63,963 nt of DNA, filler included, from Octopus bimaculoides (GCF_001194135.2; 7 parts of 7 records of this genome joined end to end with filler, not necessarily neighbours in it); one strand, 5' to 3'; shown: positions 26,526 to 61,850, counted from the whole stretch's first letter. A program made the numbers and translations. The notes: a model not told the origin generated them from the letters alone.

Positions 26526-27607
26526 AAGAATATGTTCGTGTGTGTGTGTGTGCATTTATGTACATACATTGGTATGCATTATTTCTGTGTTAGAAATATT
26601 ATATATANNNNNNNNNNNNNNNNNNNNNNNNNNNNNNNNNNNNNNNNNNNNNNNNNNNNNNNNNNNNNNNNNNNNNNNNNNNNNNNNNNNNNNNNNNNNN
26701 NNNNNNNNNNNNNNNNNNNNNNNNNNNNNNNNNNNNNNNNNNNNNNNNNNNNNNNNNNNNNNNNNNNNNNNNNNNNNNNNNNNNNNNNNNNNNNNNNNNN
26801 NNNNNNNNNNNNNNNNNNNNNNNNNNNNNNNNNNNNNNNNNNNNNNNNNNNNNNNNNNNNNNNNNNNNNNNNNNNNNNNNNNNNNNNNNNNNNNNNNNNN
26901 NNNNNNNNNNNNNNNNNNNNNNNNNNNNNNNNNNNNNNNNNNNNNNNNNNNNNNNNNNNNNNNNNNNNNNNNNNNNNNNNNNNNNNNNNNNNNNNNNNNN
27001 NNNNNNNNNNNNNNNNNNNNNNNNNNNNNNNNNNNNNNNNNNNNNNNNNNNNNNNNNNNNNNNNNNNNNNNNNNNNNNNNNNNNNNNNNNNNNNNNNNNN
27101 NNNNNNNNNNNNNNNNNNNNNNNNNNNNNNNNNNNNNNNNNNNNNNNNNNNNNNNNNNNNNNNNNNNNNNNNNNNNNNNNNNNNNNNNNNNNNNNNNNNN
27201 NNNNNNNNNNNNNNNNNNNNNNNNNNNNNNNNNNNNNNNNNNNNNNNNNNNNNNNNNNNNNNNNNNTATATATATACATATATAGTATCTGAAAGAATGT
27301 TATGGCGAAGAAAGCCACCTTCATCACGTGACAGTTTGAAATGTTATTAATATCGTCAAGAGTTATGTAACGGAAATAGGAACAGTGTCGTAAAAAGACA
27401 GTTTTCATATCCGTTAAGAAAGCAGGCGATAAAGAAGGCATAAATAAGTCAGCTGATGAACGTCTCAAGTAATGGAAATCTTGCAAAGTAAATCGAGCAG
27501 AAGCTTTTTTCAGAATTATTACTTTCATCGTCCTGTCTCGCAATAGATATAAAACCCGCAGATGCGGCTCTATATTTTTATGGCCCTCTCTCTCTCTCTC
27601 TTTCTCT

Positions 27608-27657
<50 letters not shown>

Positions 27658-28737
27658 NNNNNNNNNNNNNNNNNNNNNNNNNNNNNNNNNNNNNNNNNNN
27701 NTTAATTAATTAANNNNNNNNNNNNNNNNNNNNNNNNNNNNNNNNNNNNNNNNNNNNTATATATATATATATATGATCGAGCAGATAGGTTCAAATGTAT
27801 TCTAGTCGTGACCATCTCATCTATTTTTCTGAGAATTCTCTGAATACTTCAACTGACGACACCTCCGTCAGCCATAGATGACCCAACCGCTGGAGTGACC
27901 GGAGAATCACGACTTCTCCCGCCTATGATACACTTTCAGTGAGCTCTCACGAGCCAGAAAACTACGAAAGGATGCGCTGTTATATTGCTACAGACGTTCA
28001 TGATACCCAGGCCGCCGCTAAGAGAGATCTATTGTTTGTGTGGTTTCAAGAATTCCCTAGCCTTGACGTGCACTCAAGTCGGATTATAAGTAAGGGACGG
28101 TTGCTCCGGACGCCCACTCTCGTTCTCTCGATTCTTATTTCATGAACTAGTCGCAAAGGAAGACCCCGGTGATTGGAGGTATACCAGAGGCGTAGCGGCA
28201 AAGCCAAGGCGAGATTCATGCCTCATCGCACTCCAAGTTACATATCTCTCAATGATGTCACTGGATATTGCCTCTCTAACCGATGAATCTTGACCTCTGC
28301 TACTAGATTTTCCTCCGTTTAATCCTCAGGAAATCCAGTCTTCGCATGCGCTGAGTGATGAGCTCGCTTTTGAAGAATATCACCATATCTTTAAGAATTG
28401 TCGACGGATCTCAACAGTTTAGCCAGCCAGGCAATGCCGTTGCCAAGGAGGTGGCACACAAGTGCAAACAGATAGTCCGTGGAGCTAGCAAGTGAGAGCA
28501 AGGTACCGGGTGGGGATTAGTGAGAGACAAGCTGTCCCGGAAAAAAATGGGAAGAATTCTTACCAAAGTCAACTGCCCAATCCTGACAGCCATTACCCCC
28601 TTTATTCAGGGCTGCTATAGCTAAGACTACGTTATCTAATTTATCTTTCATTTTTCTTAAGACAACAGAGTGATATGAGGGAGATTTGGCTGGGTTAGCA
28701 GGTTGGGCGACCACACAGAGGTTTCCTCTTAGCATCG

Positions 28738-28783
28738 GCATCGTCGTCGTCGTCGTCATCATAATCATCATCATCGTCATCAT

Positions 28784-28877
<94 letters not shown>

Positions 28878-28925
28878 GGTGGTCGTCGTCGTCGTGGTTG
28901 TTGTTGTCGTGGTTGTCGTGGTACT
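28738..28925. repeat. compound trinucleotide microsatellite (CGT/CAT/CAG/CAA/TAG/TGG/TCG/TTG)
   Basis: Direct reading. Confidence 0.95.
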
Positions 28926-29859
28926 NNNNNNNNNNNNNNNNNNNNNNNNNNNNNNNNNNNNNNNNNNNNNNNNNNNNNNNNNNNNNNNNNNNNNNNNNNN
29001 NNNNNNNNNNNNNNNNNNNNNNNNNNNNNNNNNNNNNNNNNNNNNNNNNNNNNNNNNNNNNNNNNNNNNNNNNNNNNNNNNNNNNNNNNNNNNNNNNNNN
29101 NNNNNNNNNNNNNNNNNNNNNNNNNNNNNNNNNNNNNNNNNNNNNNNNNNNNNNNNNNNNNNNNNNNNNNNNNNNNNNNNNNNNNNNNNNNNNNNNNNNN
29201 NNNNNNNNNNNNNNNNNNNNNNNNNNNNNNNNNNNNNNNNNNNNNNNNNNNNNNNNNNNNNNNNNNNNNNNNNNNNNNNNNNNNNNNNNNNNNNNNNNNN
29301 NNNNNNNNNNNNNNNNNNNNNNNNNNNNNNNNNNNNNNNNNNNNNNNNNNNNNNNNNNNNNNNNNNNNNNNNNNNNNNNNNNNNNNNNNNNNNNNNNNNN
29401 NNNNNNNNNNNNNNNNNNNNNNNNNNNNNNNNNNNNNNNNNNNNNNNNNNNNNNNNNNNNNNNNNNNNNNNNNNNNNNNNNNNNNNNNNNNNNNNNNNNN
29501 NNNNNNNNNNNNNNNNNNNNNNNNNNNNNNNNNNNNNNNNNNNNNNNNNNNNNNNNNNNNNNNNNNNNNNNNNNNNNNNNNNNNNNNNNNNNNNNNNNNN
29601 NNNNNNNNNNNNNNNNNNNNNNNNNNNNNNNNNNNNNNNNNNNNNNNNNNNNNNNNNNNNNNNNNNNNNNNNNNNNNNNNNNNNNNNNNNNNNNNNNNNN
29701 NNNNNNNNNNNNNNNNNNNNNNNNNNNNNNNNNNNNNNNNNNNNNNNNNNNNNNNNNNNNNNNNNNNNNNNNNNNNNNNNNNNNNNNNNNNNNNNNAATA
29801 AAGAGAAAAGATGGATGAATGTAAAACAAAAAGTTTCTGCAAACCCAAGGCTTATGAAA

Positions 29860-30480
29860 AGAAGGGAGAACGAGTAGAATGAGGAAAGAGAGAGAGAGAG
29901 AGACGGGGAAAGTGAGGGAGAGAGAAGAAGAGGTAGAGGATAAACAGAGGAGGAGGAGGAGAAAGCGAGGGAAGAAATATAAAAGAAGGAGAAGAGAGAA
30001 TAGCGATTGCATTATCATAAGAGAAAAGAGGTAGAGTGTGGAAGAAAGAGAAAGATAGAGAGAGATGACGAAAAGGAGAAGAGGAGAGAGTGTAGTAGTA
30101 GGAGGAGGGATGGTGGAGAAATAGAGAGAAGATGAAGGAGGAAAGGTGAATGAGAAATAGGAGAGGTTTGCATGATCATGAAACAGGAAGAAAGAGAAAG
30201 AATGCGAAAGAGAGGGAGAGAGAGAGAGAGCGAGAGAGAGAGAGAGCGAGAGAGAGAGAGAGCGAGAGAGAGAGAGCGAGAGAGAGAGAGCGAGCGAGAG
30301 AGAGAGAGAGATGTCGAAAAAGGATAGAAACAGACAACAAAAAGAGAGGGAGAGAGAGAGGCAGAGACAGAGACAGAGAGAGAGAGATGTCGAAAAAGGA
30401 TAGAAGCAGACAGCGAAGAGAGAGAAAGAGAGGGAGAGAGAGAGAGAGAGAAAGAGAGAAGAAGAAAGACATAGGAATGA
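29860..30480. repeat. purine-rich (GA)n / GAG low-complexity tract with an internal duplication (gagagagagatgtcgaaaaaggataga x2)
   Basis: Direct reading; source of the ER/LS ORFs. Confidence 0.85.
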
Positions 30481-30628
30481 GAAGTAAAACTATTGGGTTT
30501 ATATTGTCATTAGGTAAAAAAAACTAGAGAGGTGTACAAAGGGAAGAGAGAGGGTATAAAAAGAGAAAGATGTGGGAGAGAGAAAGAGAGTAAGTAAGTG
30601 GTCTCTTTTCTGCAGATCAGATACAACC

Positions 30629-30663
<35 letters not shown>

Positions 30664-31045
30664 AAGGAGGTGGGGATGAGAAATTGATAGATGGCTAGAT
30701 TCTGTAGTTATTTGCGAAAAGGAGGGATTGTGCAAATGCTGAAGTGGAGAAACAGAGGTAAGAACGTCGGAAAGATAAAACTGTGCAGAAAAAGGATGGA
30801 AAGTTTGTTAATAACAATAGGGTTATGAAGAGAGAGCCGAGGAAATGGAGGAGAAATGGAAAAGGGAAAAGAAAGAGAAAAAAAAGCCAAAAAGAGCGCG
30901 GAAGAGCTGTGGTGAGGATGAAGAGGAGAAACTTTAGATCGTACCATAAAGTGCAATGGTGAGGGACTGCGGACTCACAAGAAGTTTCACATGTAATACA
31001 TCAACCGGGGCTTCTACTGCATGTGTGTGTGTGTATGTATGTGTA

Positions 31046-31076
<31 letters not shown>

Positions 31077-31255
31077 TATATTAAATACTGTACGTGTGTT
31101 TCATAATGTGAGATGCAAAACAAAAGTACAATGAATTTCACAGAGGATTATCAGAAGATACAATGTTTAATAATGTTTGTACTGACATGTGAGATGTTGA
31201 GTAGTATACATACATACATAGGTGTGTATGTATATAATATATATATATATGTATA

Positions 31256-31290
<35 letters not shown>

Positions 31291-32145
31291 NNNNNNNNNN
31301 NNNNNNNNNNNNNNNNNNNNNNNNNNNNNNNNNNNNNNNNNNNNNNNNNNNNNNNNNNNNNNNNNNNNNNNNNNNNNNNNNNNNNNNNNNNNNNNNNNNN
31401 NNNNNNNNNNNNNNNNNNNNNNNNNNNNNNNNNNNNNNNNNNNNNNNNNNNNNNNNNNNNNNNNNNNNNNNNNNNNNNNNNNNNNNNNNNNNNNNNNNNN
31501 NNNNNNNNNNNNNNNNNNNNNNNNNNNNNNNNNNNNNNNNNNNNNNNNNNNNNNNNNNNNNNNNNNNNNNNNNNNNNNNNNNNNNNNNNNNNNNNNNNNN
31601 NNNNNNNNNNNNNNNNNNNNNNNNNNNNNNNNNNNNNNNNNNNNNNNNNNNNNNNNNNNNNNNNNNNNNNNNNNNNNNNNNNNNNNNNNNNNNNNNNNNN
31701 NNNNNNNNNNNNNNNNNNNNNNNNNNNNNNNNNNNNNNNNNNNNNNNNNNNNNNNNNNNNNNNNNNNNNNNNNNNNNNNNNNNNNNNNNNNNNNNNNNNN
31801 NNNNNNNNNNNNNNNNNNNNNNNNNNNNNNNNNNNNNNNNNNNNNNNNNNNNNNNNNNNNNNNNNNNNNNNNNNNNNNNNNNNNNNNNNNNNNNNNNNNN
31901 NNNNNNNNNNNNNNNNNNNNNNNNNNNNNNNNNNNNNNNNNNNNNNNNNNNNNNNNNNNNNNNNNNNNNNNNNNNNNNNNNNNNNNNNNNNNNNNNNNNN
32001 NNNNNNNNNNNNNNNNNNNNNNNNNNNNNNNNNNNNNNNNNNNNNNNNNNNNNNNNNNNNNNNNNNNNNNNNNNNNNNNNNNNNNNNNNNNNNNNNNNNN
32101 NNNNNNNNNNNNNNNNNNNNNNNNNNNNNNNNNNNNNNNNNNNNN

Positions 32146-32202
<57 letters not shown>

Positions 32203-32637
32203 GCTATCGATACTATTAAAAAGGAACTTCTCTTACAATCATATTTTCATATTATATTTCCCTGCTTGTAATAAAAACCTCGTTGTTTATCTGATTCTCC
32301 CCTGGGCAGAAGGCTGTTTGAACTGCCCTTTCCATACATAGCTATTGATGAAGTATTCACCGCATAAAGAAAGAAATATCATATATATTTTTTCCTGTAA
32401 TTTATATATACAGAATTATCGAAAAGGTTATTTATATATTTTGATTTTTATTTATAGAATGTTTCGTATAGTTTATTTTCATTTCGTTATTTATTTGAAA
32501 CTGCTTGAGAGATTTATCTCCCTTTGAGACAGAATTATAATGTCAGTTTCCCTTCTGTTGACTATGCTAGAAGTTGTTTACATCTGCACATCGATCGAAA
32601 CATATAAATCATCAGATGCGCATATATACGTATTTAT

Positions 32638-32795
32638 AGGCGCAAGCGTGGCTGTGCGGTAAGAACTTGCTTTGCAACCACATGGTTCCGGGTTCAATCC
32701 TACGATGTAGCACCATGAGCAAGTATCTTCTGCTAGAGCCCCGGGCCGACTAAAGCCTTGTGAATAGATTTGGTAGACGGAAACTAAAAGAAAGG
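32638..32795 (+). mobile_element. SINE family B body
   Basis: ggcgcaagcgtggctgtgcggtaagaacttgc...ggttccgggttcaatcc...atttggtagacggaaactaaaagaa. Confidence 0.88.
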
Positions 32796-33554
32796 TGTCA
32801 TAATTCTTCGAAACGCCGGTGTTTTAATGGTGGCAGCTGATGAAGGAGATGTTTCTATGTGGCTTACTTGTTTGTTGTACCTTGCTTATCATTTTGTCCA
32901 TGTTCTTTTGCCACGTCATGTACCCAGTTATGTATCTATATGTACATGTAGATGAAGGTATGTACATACATGTACGTATATATGCATATACTCATATATT
33001 GTTTACATATATATANNNNNNNNNNNNNNNNNNNNNNNNNNNNNNNNNNNNNNNNNNNNTTAATTAATTAANNNNNNNNNNNNNNNNNNNNNNNNNNNNN
33101 NNNNNNNNNNNNNNNGCGCATGGGAAAGGCAACAAAATAACCCCTCCCCATTTTGAATGGGATATTCCTATCTTAAAAAGTAATAATCGATTATCTCGGT
33201 AACCATGGGAGTTGGAGGGCAATAAAAATCTCCTGAACATGTTATTGCTATTTTGATAAAAATCCTGACCCCGTCCCCTTCTAGAGGTGAACCCACTGAA
33301 AATCTTAAATATTTTCTCTTTCTTTTACCAGGAGCTGACTGGTTTCATGGCTGTTTGAAGAATAAAATTGGTCTGGTACCTTGGAACTGTATTCACCAAC
33401 GTTGACACCTTAATAAAGACACTTTTCCTAAGTGACACATATCCACTCTGCTGTCTACACAGACAGACCAACACACACACAGCCCGCTCTGTGTTACACA
33501 AATACATTTATTCAGGAAGAGACAAAAGTCTCAATTTTGAAAAAAACAACAACT

Positions 33555-33560
33555 TTTATT
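33555..33560 (-). terminator. candidate polyadenylation signal AATAAA for the ODF2-like mRNA (second candidate at 33507-33512)
   Basis: tttatt on the + strand about 600 nt past the stop codon; no transcript evidence. Confidence 0.35.
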
Positions 33561-34164
33561 TGGCTGATTAAATATGATCACATTCTACAATAATTGTTAA
33601 ATTTGGGTGCAGGGAAGGGAGGAGGAGGAGGAGGTAACAAAGCAAGGTACCTCACAATAAGTTATGTTTCACATTAAAAGACTAAGTACAACAATGTACT
33701 ACACGTGATTACATAGTGTACAGCAATGAACCTCACATAAGATTGTGTGGTACCGTGCAATGTACCTCTTACATGATTAAACTATTAAACAGCAGTGTAC
33801 TTCTCACATGATTGAACAGGAATGTACCCTCAAACAAACTGTTTCAAACAATAAAGGAGGTAGTTGGGGGGGGGGTGAAGAAATACCTGAGTCAAGGGAA
33901 ACAACTCTTTTGACCGTTTACAACCGTTACCATAGTTACAAGCCTGCGTGTTGGTTGAGCTATGTGTAGTTCAATACCGAAACAAGAATCGAGTATAAGT
34001 GAGTATGTTGTAGCATCGTGATGTTGTGCCTATCATTCATTGCCATCACAGCGGATATTTGTCACTAGAAGCCGACTGAAACACTCAGATTTCAGACATC
34101 CTCCTCCTCCTCGTTAACTGGCCAATATTAAAATCACGACACTATTTGGAATTGAACCTGAACC

Positions 34165-55632
<21,468 letters not shown>

Positions 55633-55774
55633 CTGCAGAGAAACAGATGGAAGTAGAGTGTCAAACATAAATAAAACTACGAGGTATTTCATTTTATCAC
55701 CTTGTTCCGAGTTCAAATCCCACCCATGTCTTCTCTGCCTTTTAACTTCCAAAGATCAATAAAAAATAACTAGA

Positions 55775-55925
55775 TGCAGGCGTGGCTGTGTGGCAAGAAG
55801 TTTGCTTCCCAACCACATGGTTTCTGGTTCAGTCCTATGTGCAATACTTTGTCTTCTACTATAACTCTGGTCCAACCAAAGCCTTGTGAGTGGATTTGGT
55901 GAGGAGAAACGAAAAGCCCTTCATA
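55775..55925 (+). mobile_element. SINE family B body
   Basis: gcaggcgtggctgtgtggcaagaagtttgcttcccaaccacatgg...aaagccttgtgagtggatttgg. Confidence 0.85.
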
Positions 55926-57857
55926 TATATCACGTGATCGACCAGATCACAATGCATTTTGCATAGTTTTAATTTTAAAATGATGTCACCCCCTGCTGGC
56001 CAGGTGAATAGGCCACCATTTCTCCCACCTCGATCAGAAGGCTGATCCTTTGCAGAGTTACCATTTACAGCTGAATGGACTGGCGCAATGTAAAATGTGT
56101 AAATGTGTCTTATTTACACGAATTCATATGAAAGAATTCTGCTCAAAAAAACCCAAAAAAACCTTTCACTTTTGGTGGCTAAAGCGAAGGGCTACGTTAA
56201 CAGTCGACTTATTTATCTTCCCTTGTTGTTATTCCTCCCCCCTCCTTTCATTTACTTTCTTAAACACCCTAAACTGAAAGTTTGCCGTATTTGATAAGGA
56301 AAGTAAAACAGTGGGACCTGTAATGTCCAGTAGTGCCACACAACAACGACAACGAACATATTCCATTAACAGGACTAACCTGGGGTTAAACAACAACCAC
56401 AACAATGGAAAGCACATTAGATAATGTAGTCCTAGATACACTAGATCTGAATAAAAGACGCGATGGTCACCGATGGAATAACTCTGATAATAGGTCAACT
56501 GGATCAGAAGCGGCCTAGTGCTAAGCAACATAGATATACTATGTTTGAATAGAAGACAGGATGGTCACCGATGGAACGTCCTTGATCATGTGTCAGCTGG
56601 ATTAGGACTGACATACACGAGACAATGTAGTCCTAGATACATTATGTCTGAATAAACGACGGGATGGTTACAGCCGGACTTCCTTTGATCATCGATATCC
56701 AGTATCAGGCCTGACCCGGGGTTCAAGAATACCTCCAAGACCTCGTTACCATTCTGTTGGGTCCCAAGAACTTACCTTTCAAGTCGTTAATTTCTTGACA
56801 CAAAACTAACTCCGTAAAGCTCAGGTTTTACTGGCAACAAAACGGCAAACGTTGACATAATTCAACTTAAGCGTTTTAGGTTGCACACAAACGGATATAC
56901 ACACATAATACATAAACATGCATACACGCATATATATAACACGTACACAAAATATACACATACACCCACAATTTGAGAAAGCTATTTACCTAGATTGATC
57001 TGAGTAGTATAAAATGTGTCATGAAGCGTCTAAACAATTCGAGTTGATGAACCAGAACGATAAAAGAATTATAACCCTGCAATCAAGACATGTCCAATCC
57101 CAGTCGGAATGAAAATCACCATTGTCCTCATTGTGACTTCATAGTAAAATTCATCCTCAAATTACATTCACGTATCCATCGCAAATAATTGCAGTTTCTT
57201 TTATTTTCAATCCTTTTTCCTTCAAAGACTCATACGCCGAAATCGACGGAGTGACCATCATATATTATTACTATTAAGGTTACAATTAAGTACATATTTC
57301 GTTCATCGAAATTTCATTGTATTGGGGAGAGGGACGATCCAAGTAAAGAGTATCCCTACTGAGTTGGAAATGATTTAATGCGCCAAACCACATGCTTTCT
57401 TCGACTGAATGTTTTTAAAGCATCGTAGATTACGTTTAGGGGATGGAATACCTACTGGACACTGACGAATAGTGTTAATACTTTCATTTTCATCTTGTGA
57501 TCACAAAACGAGAAAATATCCTAAATAATTATAACAGAGTACTAGGAAATGTATGTTAGCGGCATATGGGAGCTCACCAATAGCAAATTCGGTGGATTGA
57601 AGCCATATCTGACAAAAATGATATTTATAGAGATGTGAAGTCATTTAAGATTTATATTGCACACAGATCATTCATTCACTTCACAGAACCTCCAGGAGCC
57701 TTGGTCCCTCTTCATTTCTCCTACCACAAAAAAAAAACCTCTTGGTATGGACCAACATAACCCATTAAAATACCCAGCTGTTATAATAAAGTCACTGCTA
57801 ACCGTCATCGATGTGGTATATAGGGGTGGAATAGGGTCGCATTAGAGAAGTCCTCAC

Positions 57858-57959
57858 CTGACTGTGGTTCTTCGTGGACAATGATACATGTTGCTGTCAA
57901 ATTGTCTTTAACAGGTCTAAACATGATGTTCTCAGTTAACAATACGTCTATGCCACCTA
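57858..57959 (-). other. candidate upstream ODF2 exon (possible start MFRPVKDNLTATCIIVHEEPQS, ATG at 57924)
   Basis: Acceptor tcccag and donor CAG|gtgagg. It ends in phase 1, so it cannot join phase-0 exon 1 directly. Confidence 0.3.
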
Positions 57960-58057
57960 CTGGGATGATGATGATGATGATTTTGTGCGTGCGTGTGTGT
58001 ACATATGCGCATATATGTCTGTACAACTTGCGTGTGTATATGCACTGTACAACTTGC

Positions 58058-58093
<36 letters not shown>

Positions 58094-58524
58094 NNNNNNN
58101 NNNNNNNNNNNNNNNNNNNNNNNNNNNNNNNNNNNNNTTAATTAATTAANNNNNNNNNNNNNNNNNNNNNNNNNNNNNNNNNNNNNNNNNNNNATCTATC
58201 TATCTATCTATCTATCTATCTATGTCTATCTATCTATTACTAGTTTCTATCTATGAAACCAAGAAATCTTTCTCGTAATCGTGTCTATAGACTATACCGC
58301 AACTCTTGGTTATAACCAATTCACACCAGTTCCGTTACAAACGGTTCACATGTTATCTTTTCCTTTCTCTCAAGAAAAGGTGCGGAGATCAGTGAAGGCG
58401 GATAAACTGTCAGAATGGAAGAACTGGCCGCGTGGGTAAGAACTCAATTCTCTATTACATGGCTCTAGGTCCATTCTCAAAGCAGGTGGAAAGGATACAA
58501 ACTAGATATGCTGTGAGTACTGTA

Positions 58525-58750
58525 GGGCGTTGAGCTGGCAGAATTGTTAGCACGCTGGACAAAATGTTAAGCGGCATTTCGTCCGTCTTTACGTTCTGAG
58601 CTCAAATTCCACCGAGGTCGACTTTGTCTTTCATCCATTCGGGGTCGATAAATTAAGTACCAGTTGAACACTGGGGTCAATGTAATCAACTTACGACTCA
58701 CCCACCCACCTCCAAAACTGCTGGCCCTGTACCGAAATTGGAAACCGTTA
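58525..58750 (+). mobile_element. SINE family A
   Basis: gagctggcagaattgttagcacgctggacaaaatgttaagcggcatttcg...gaggtcgactttgtctttcatcc. Confidence 0.88.
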
Positions 58751-58815
58751 CTAGATGAATCAAAGAATGAAGTTGATGACAAGGACGATGTAGGCGAAAA
58801 TGATGATGATGGTGG

Positions 58816-58849
<34 letters not shown>

Positions 58850-59624
58850 CAAGGATGGTAATCTCAACATCGACAACATTAGAACCGTTTGACGACGATG
58901 ACGAAGAGGACGATGATGACAATGAGGAATCTGATGAGGAGGGCAATGGTGGGATGGCTATGAAGATGAACAATAACAAGGACATCAATATCAACAGAAA
59001 TAACAAGGATAAAAATAATGATGAAACAAAAAAAGATGATGAGCAACCAGATGATGTAAAAAAAAGAAAAAAATCGAGAAAGGAAAAGGAGAAGTAAAGA
59101 TTGATTCCAGCATCACTCATCGTTTTTTAAAAATTTCTGGTTTTATTTGGTTTCGTTTTATTTTAAATCGAAACCGAGTTTGAAATGAACGTTTAGATAA
59201 CAAATTAAATGTTTATTGTTGTCTTATTTTGAAACAAAAAACAAAAAAAACCCCAAAAAACCAAAACAAAACAAAACGATAAACAAAAGTAACAGAAACA
59301 ATGAAAACAGAGAAAACACGAGCAGACATACAAAGTAGAGTACAAATAAATAAATAAATAAATAAATAACTAAATAAATAAACAAATAAGTAAATAAAGG
59401 AATGAATGAACAAATAACAAAGATTAAAACTAAATACATAGAAAGATATAGAAATCCACTGATTTTGTTATTTCTAACTGATCGTTCCAGTTGGATTAGC
59501 GAGAGAGTTCCAGATGAGTAACGGAGGAGAGAGGTAGAGTGAACGAGAAAGAACGAGAGAAAATAGTGAAGGAGAGAAAGAAAAGGAGAAGGAGGCAGAG
59601 AGAGGGAGGGAAAGATAGATAGAG

Positions 59625-59655
<31 letters not shown>

Positions 59656-60460
59656 GATAAAGGGACGTTAAACTGGAAGTTTACAACTTCACTCAACATC
59701 GTTGAACAAATGCTGACGCATCAGAGTGCATTTGTACTTCAGCCTGGTTTGTTAATCATCTGATGGCAGAATAGGCAGCACATTGGCCCTCTCCACCCGC
59801 CACCAACCTACCTACCTACCTACCTCATCCACCCCAAATGGCATTATCTAATTACGTCGCTTCAACGTCCGGGTTCGAACCAAGCCAAGATTAACATTGT
59901 CTTTCATCCCTCGTGGAGAGACGGTCGATAAAAAGACATATACCAGTTATGTATTAATGTCAGCAAGCACACGCATGGCTGTGAAGTTGACTTCCTCTTA
60001 CTATGTGGTTTTGGTGTCAGTCCCACTGCGTGTCATCTACTATGGCCCAAAGCTTTCTGAGTGAATTTGCAGCCGAAGTCAAATCTCTGTAACCATACTG
60101 TACCTTCTTAACAAAAAAAATATTTTTAAATAACGTATTGGCCAAAATAATTCGATGTCACCTATTTTCAAAGAGACGGGATGATCACAGTTGGATGATT
60201 TCTAGTCATAGGTTTCCTTTGCCAGGCCTGATCGGAGACTGAATGGCAGCAACAATAGCTACATCCCTGTTCTTCGACATAAGCAACGCTTCCTTTCCTT
60301 TTTAATATTTCTGTCCCATTTATTCGGCGAGCTGGCTGAATCGTTAGCACGCCAGGTAAANNNNNNNNNNNNNNNNNNNNNNNNNNNNNNNNNNNNNNNN
60401 NNNNTTAATTAATTAANNNNNNNNNNNNNNNNNNNNNNNNNNNNNNNNNNNNNNNNNNNN

Positions 60461-60800
60461 GATGGTTGTGGTGGTGGTGGTGGTGGTTGTGGTGGTATTG
60501 TTGTTGGTGGTGGTGGAGTGGTTGTGATGGTGGTTTTGATAGTGGTTTTAGTGGTGGTGGCTGTGGTGTTGGTGGTGGTTGTAGTGGTGGTGGTGGTGGT
60601 GGGGGCTGTAGAGGTGGTTGCGGTGTTGACGGTGGCGGTGGTAGGAATGGTGGTGAAAGTGATGGTGATGATGATGGTAGTGGTGGTATGGGGAAGATGG
60701 TGGTGATGGTGGTGGTGATGACGATAGTTGTTGTTTTGCTGTCGCTCCAATTGCTGCTTGTCTTTATTGTTGTTCTTCTTGTTGTTATCCTCATTATTAT
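60461..60800. repeat. GGT/GAT/GTT low-complexity mosaic
   Basis: Direct reading; source of the Pro/His/Gly/Val-rich ORFs. Confidence 0.9.
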
Positions 60801-61631
60801 ACAACATACAGAACGTGATGCAAAAAATAAAATAAACAAAAGAACTGATAATGGGTAAATATTCCAACGAGACAGACATCTCCTCCCTTATAATAACTAA
60901 AATATGTTTTGAATTGAATAACACACATCCCTATACACACGTGCGCGCGCATTCACTACATTACACTGATAAGTATACCTCCCCTTCCTCCCAAACACCT
61001 CATACACATACAGTCATAAGTATACGCCGCCATTACTCCCACATAGTGATATATTTATAAAAAGAAACACGCTTATACACGCAAACACACACACACACAC
61101 ACAGAGGAACACACGTATTGTCATGCACATTCTCATAAATACACGATCACACAAAAGCACCCTGCAACACACACACTCATATACATATATACACATATAC
61201 AATCTTCCGAGCTCACACACTTTCACATTCATATTGACACACTCACATACACACTTATACCGTCCCACGTGTTCGGACATACACAGTAACACACACACAT
61301 ACATTCGCACATATGCACTTTTACACAGTCGGAAATGTACACACACGCCGGTGCACTCAGTCACATATGTACACACACACACACATACACACACGGAGTC
61401 ACACATATAGACCGTCACACATGTACACGTATACAGAGTCTAGATTGAAAATGCGACATTTAAACCAGAATGACGTAACGATGTTTTTTGTTGTTCTACT
61501 CAGCGCCAGTAGATCTATGATCAAAATAGATTCCATCTGTGACCATCCAGTTAGAACTTAATTTAATGTCATATATGAAGGAGGCGAGTGATTTGAGGGA
61601 TATTTTGATAGCGATATCTATAAGGATTTAG

Positions 61632-61850
61632 GGTAGCGAGCTGGCAGAATCGTTAGCACGCCGAACAAAATTTTTAACGACGTTTCGTCCGTCTTTACGT
61701 TCTGAGTTCAAATTCAACCGAGGTTCACTTTGCATTTCATTCTTTTGAGGTCGATAAAATAGGCACCAGTCGAGCATGGAGGTCGATGCAATCGAGTTAC
61801 CCTCTCCCTGGAAATAACCGGTCATGTGCCAAGATTTGAAACTAATATCC
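61632..61850 (+). mobile_element. SINE family A
   Basis: gagctggcagaatcgttagcacgccgaac...gttctgagttcaaattcaaccgaggttcactttgc. Confidence 0.85.

Noticed and set aside
58855-59097. 80-aa acidic ORF with an NLS-like end (DDDDEEDD...KKRKKSRKEKEK)
   Set aside because: Built from GAT/AAC/AAG degenerate repeats following a SINE tail; no splice or homology support.
60405-60924. Pro/His/Thr/Gly-rich ORFs resembling extensins or mucins
   Set aside because: GGT/GAT low-complexity DNA is open on both strands; adjoins a gap.
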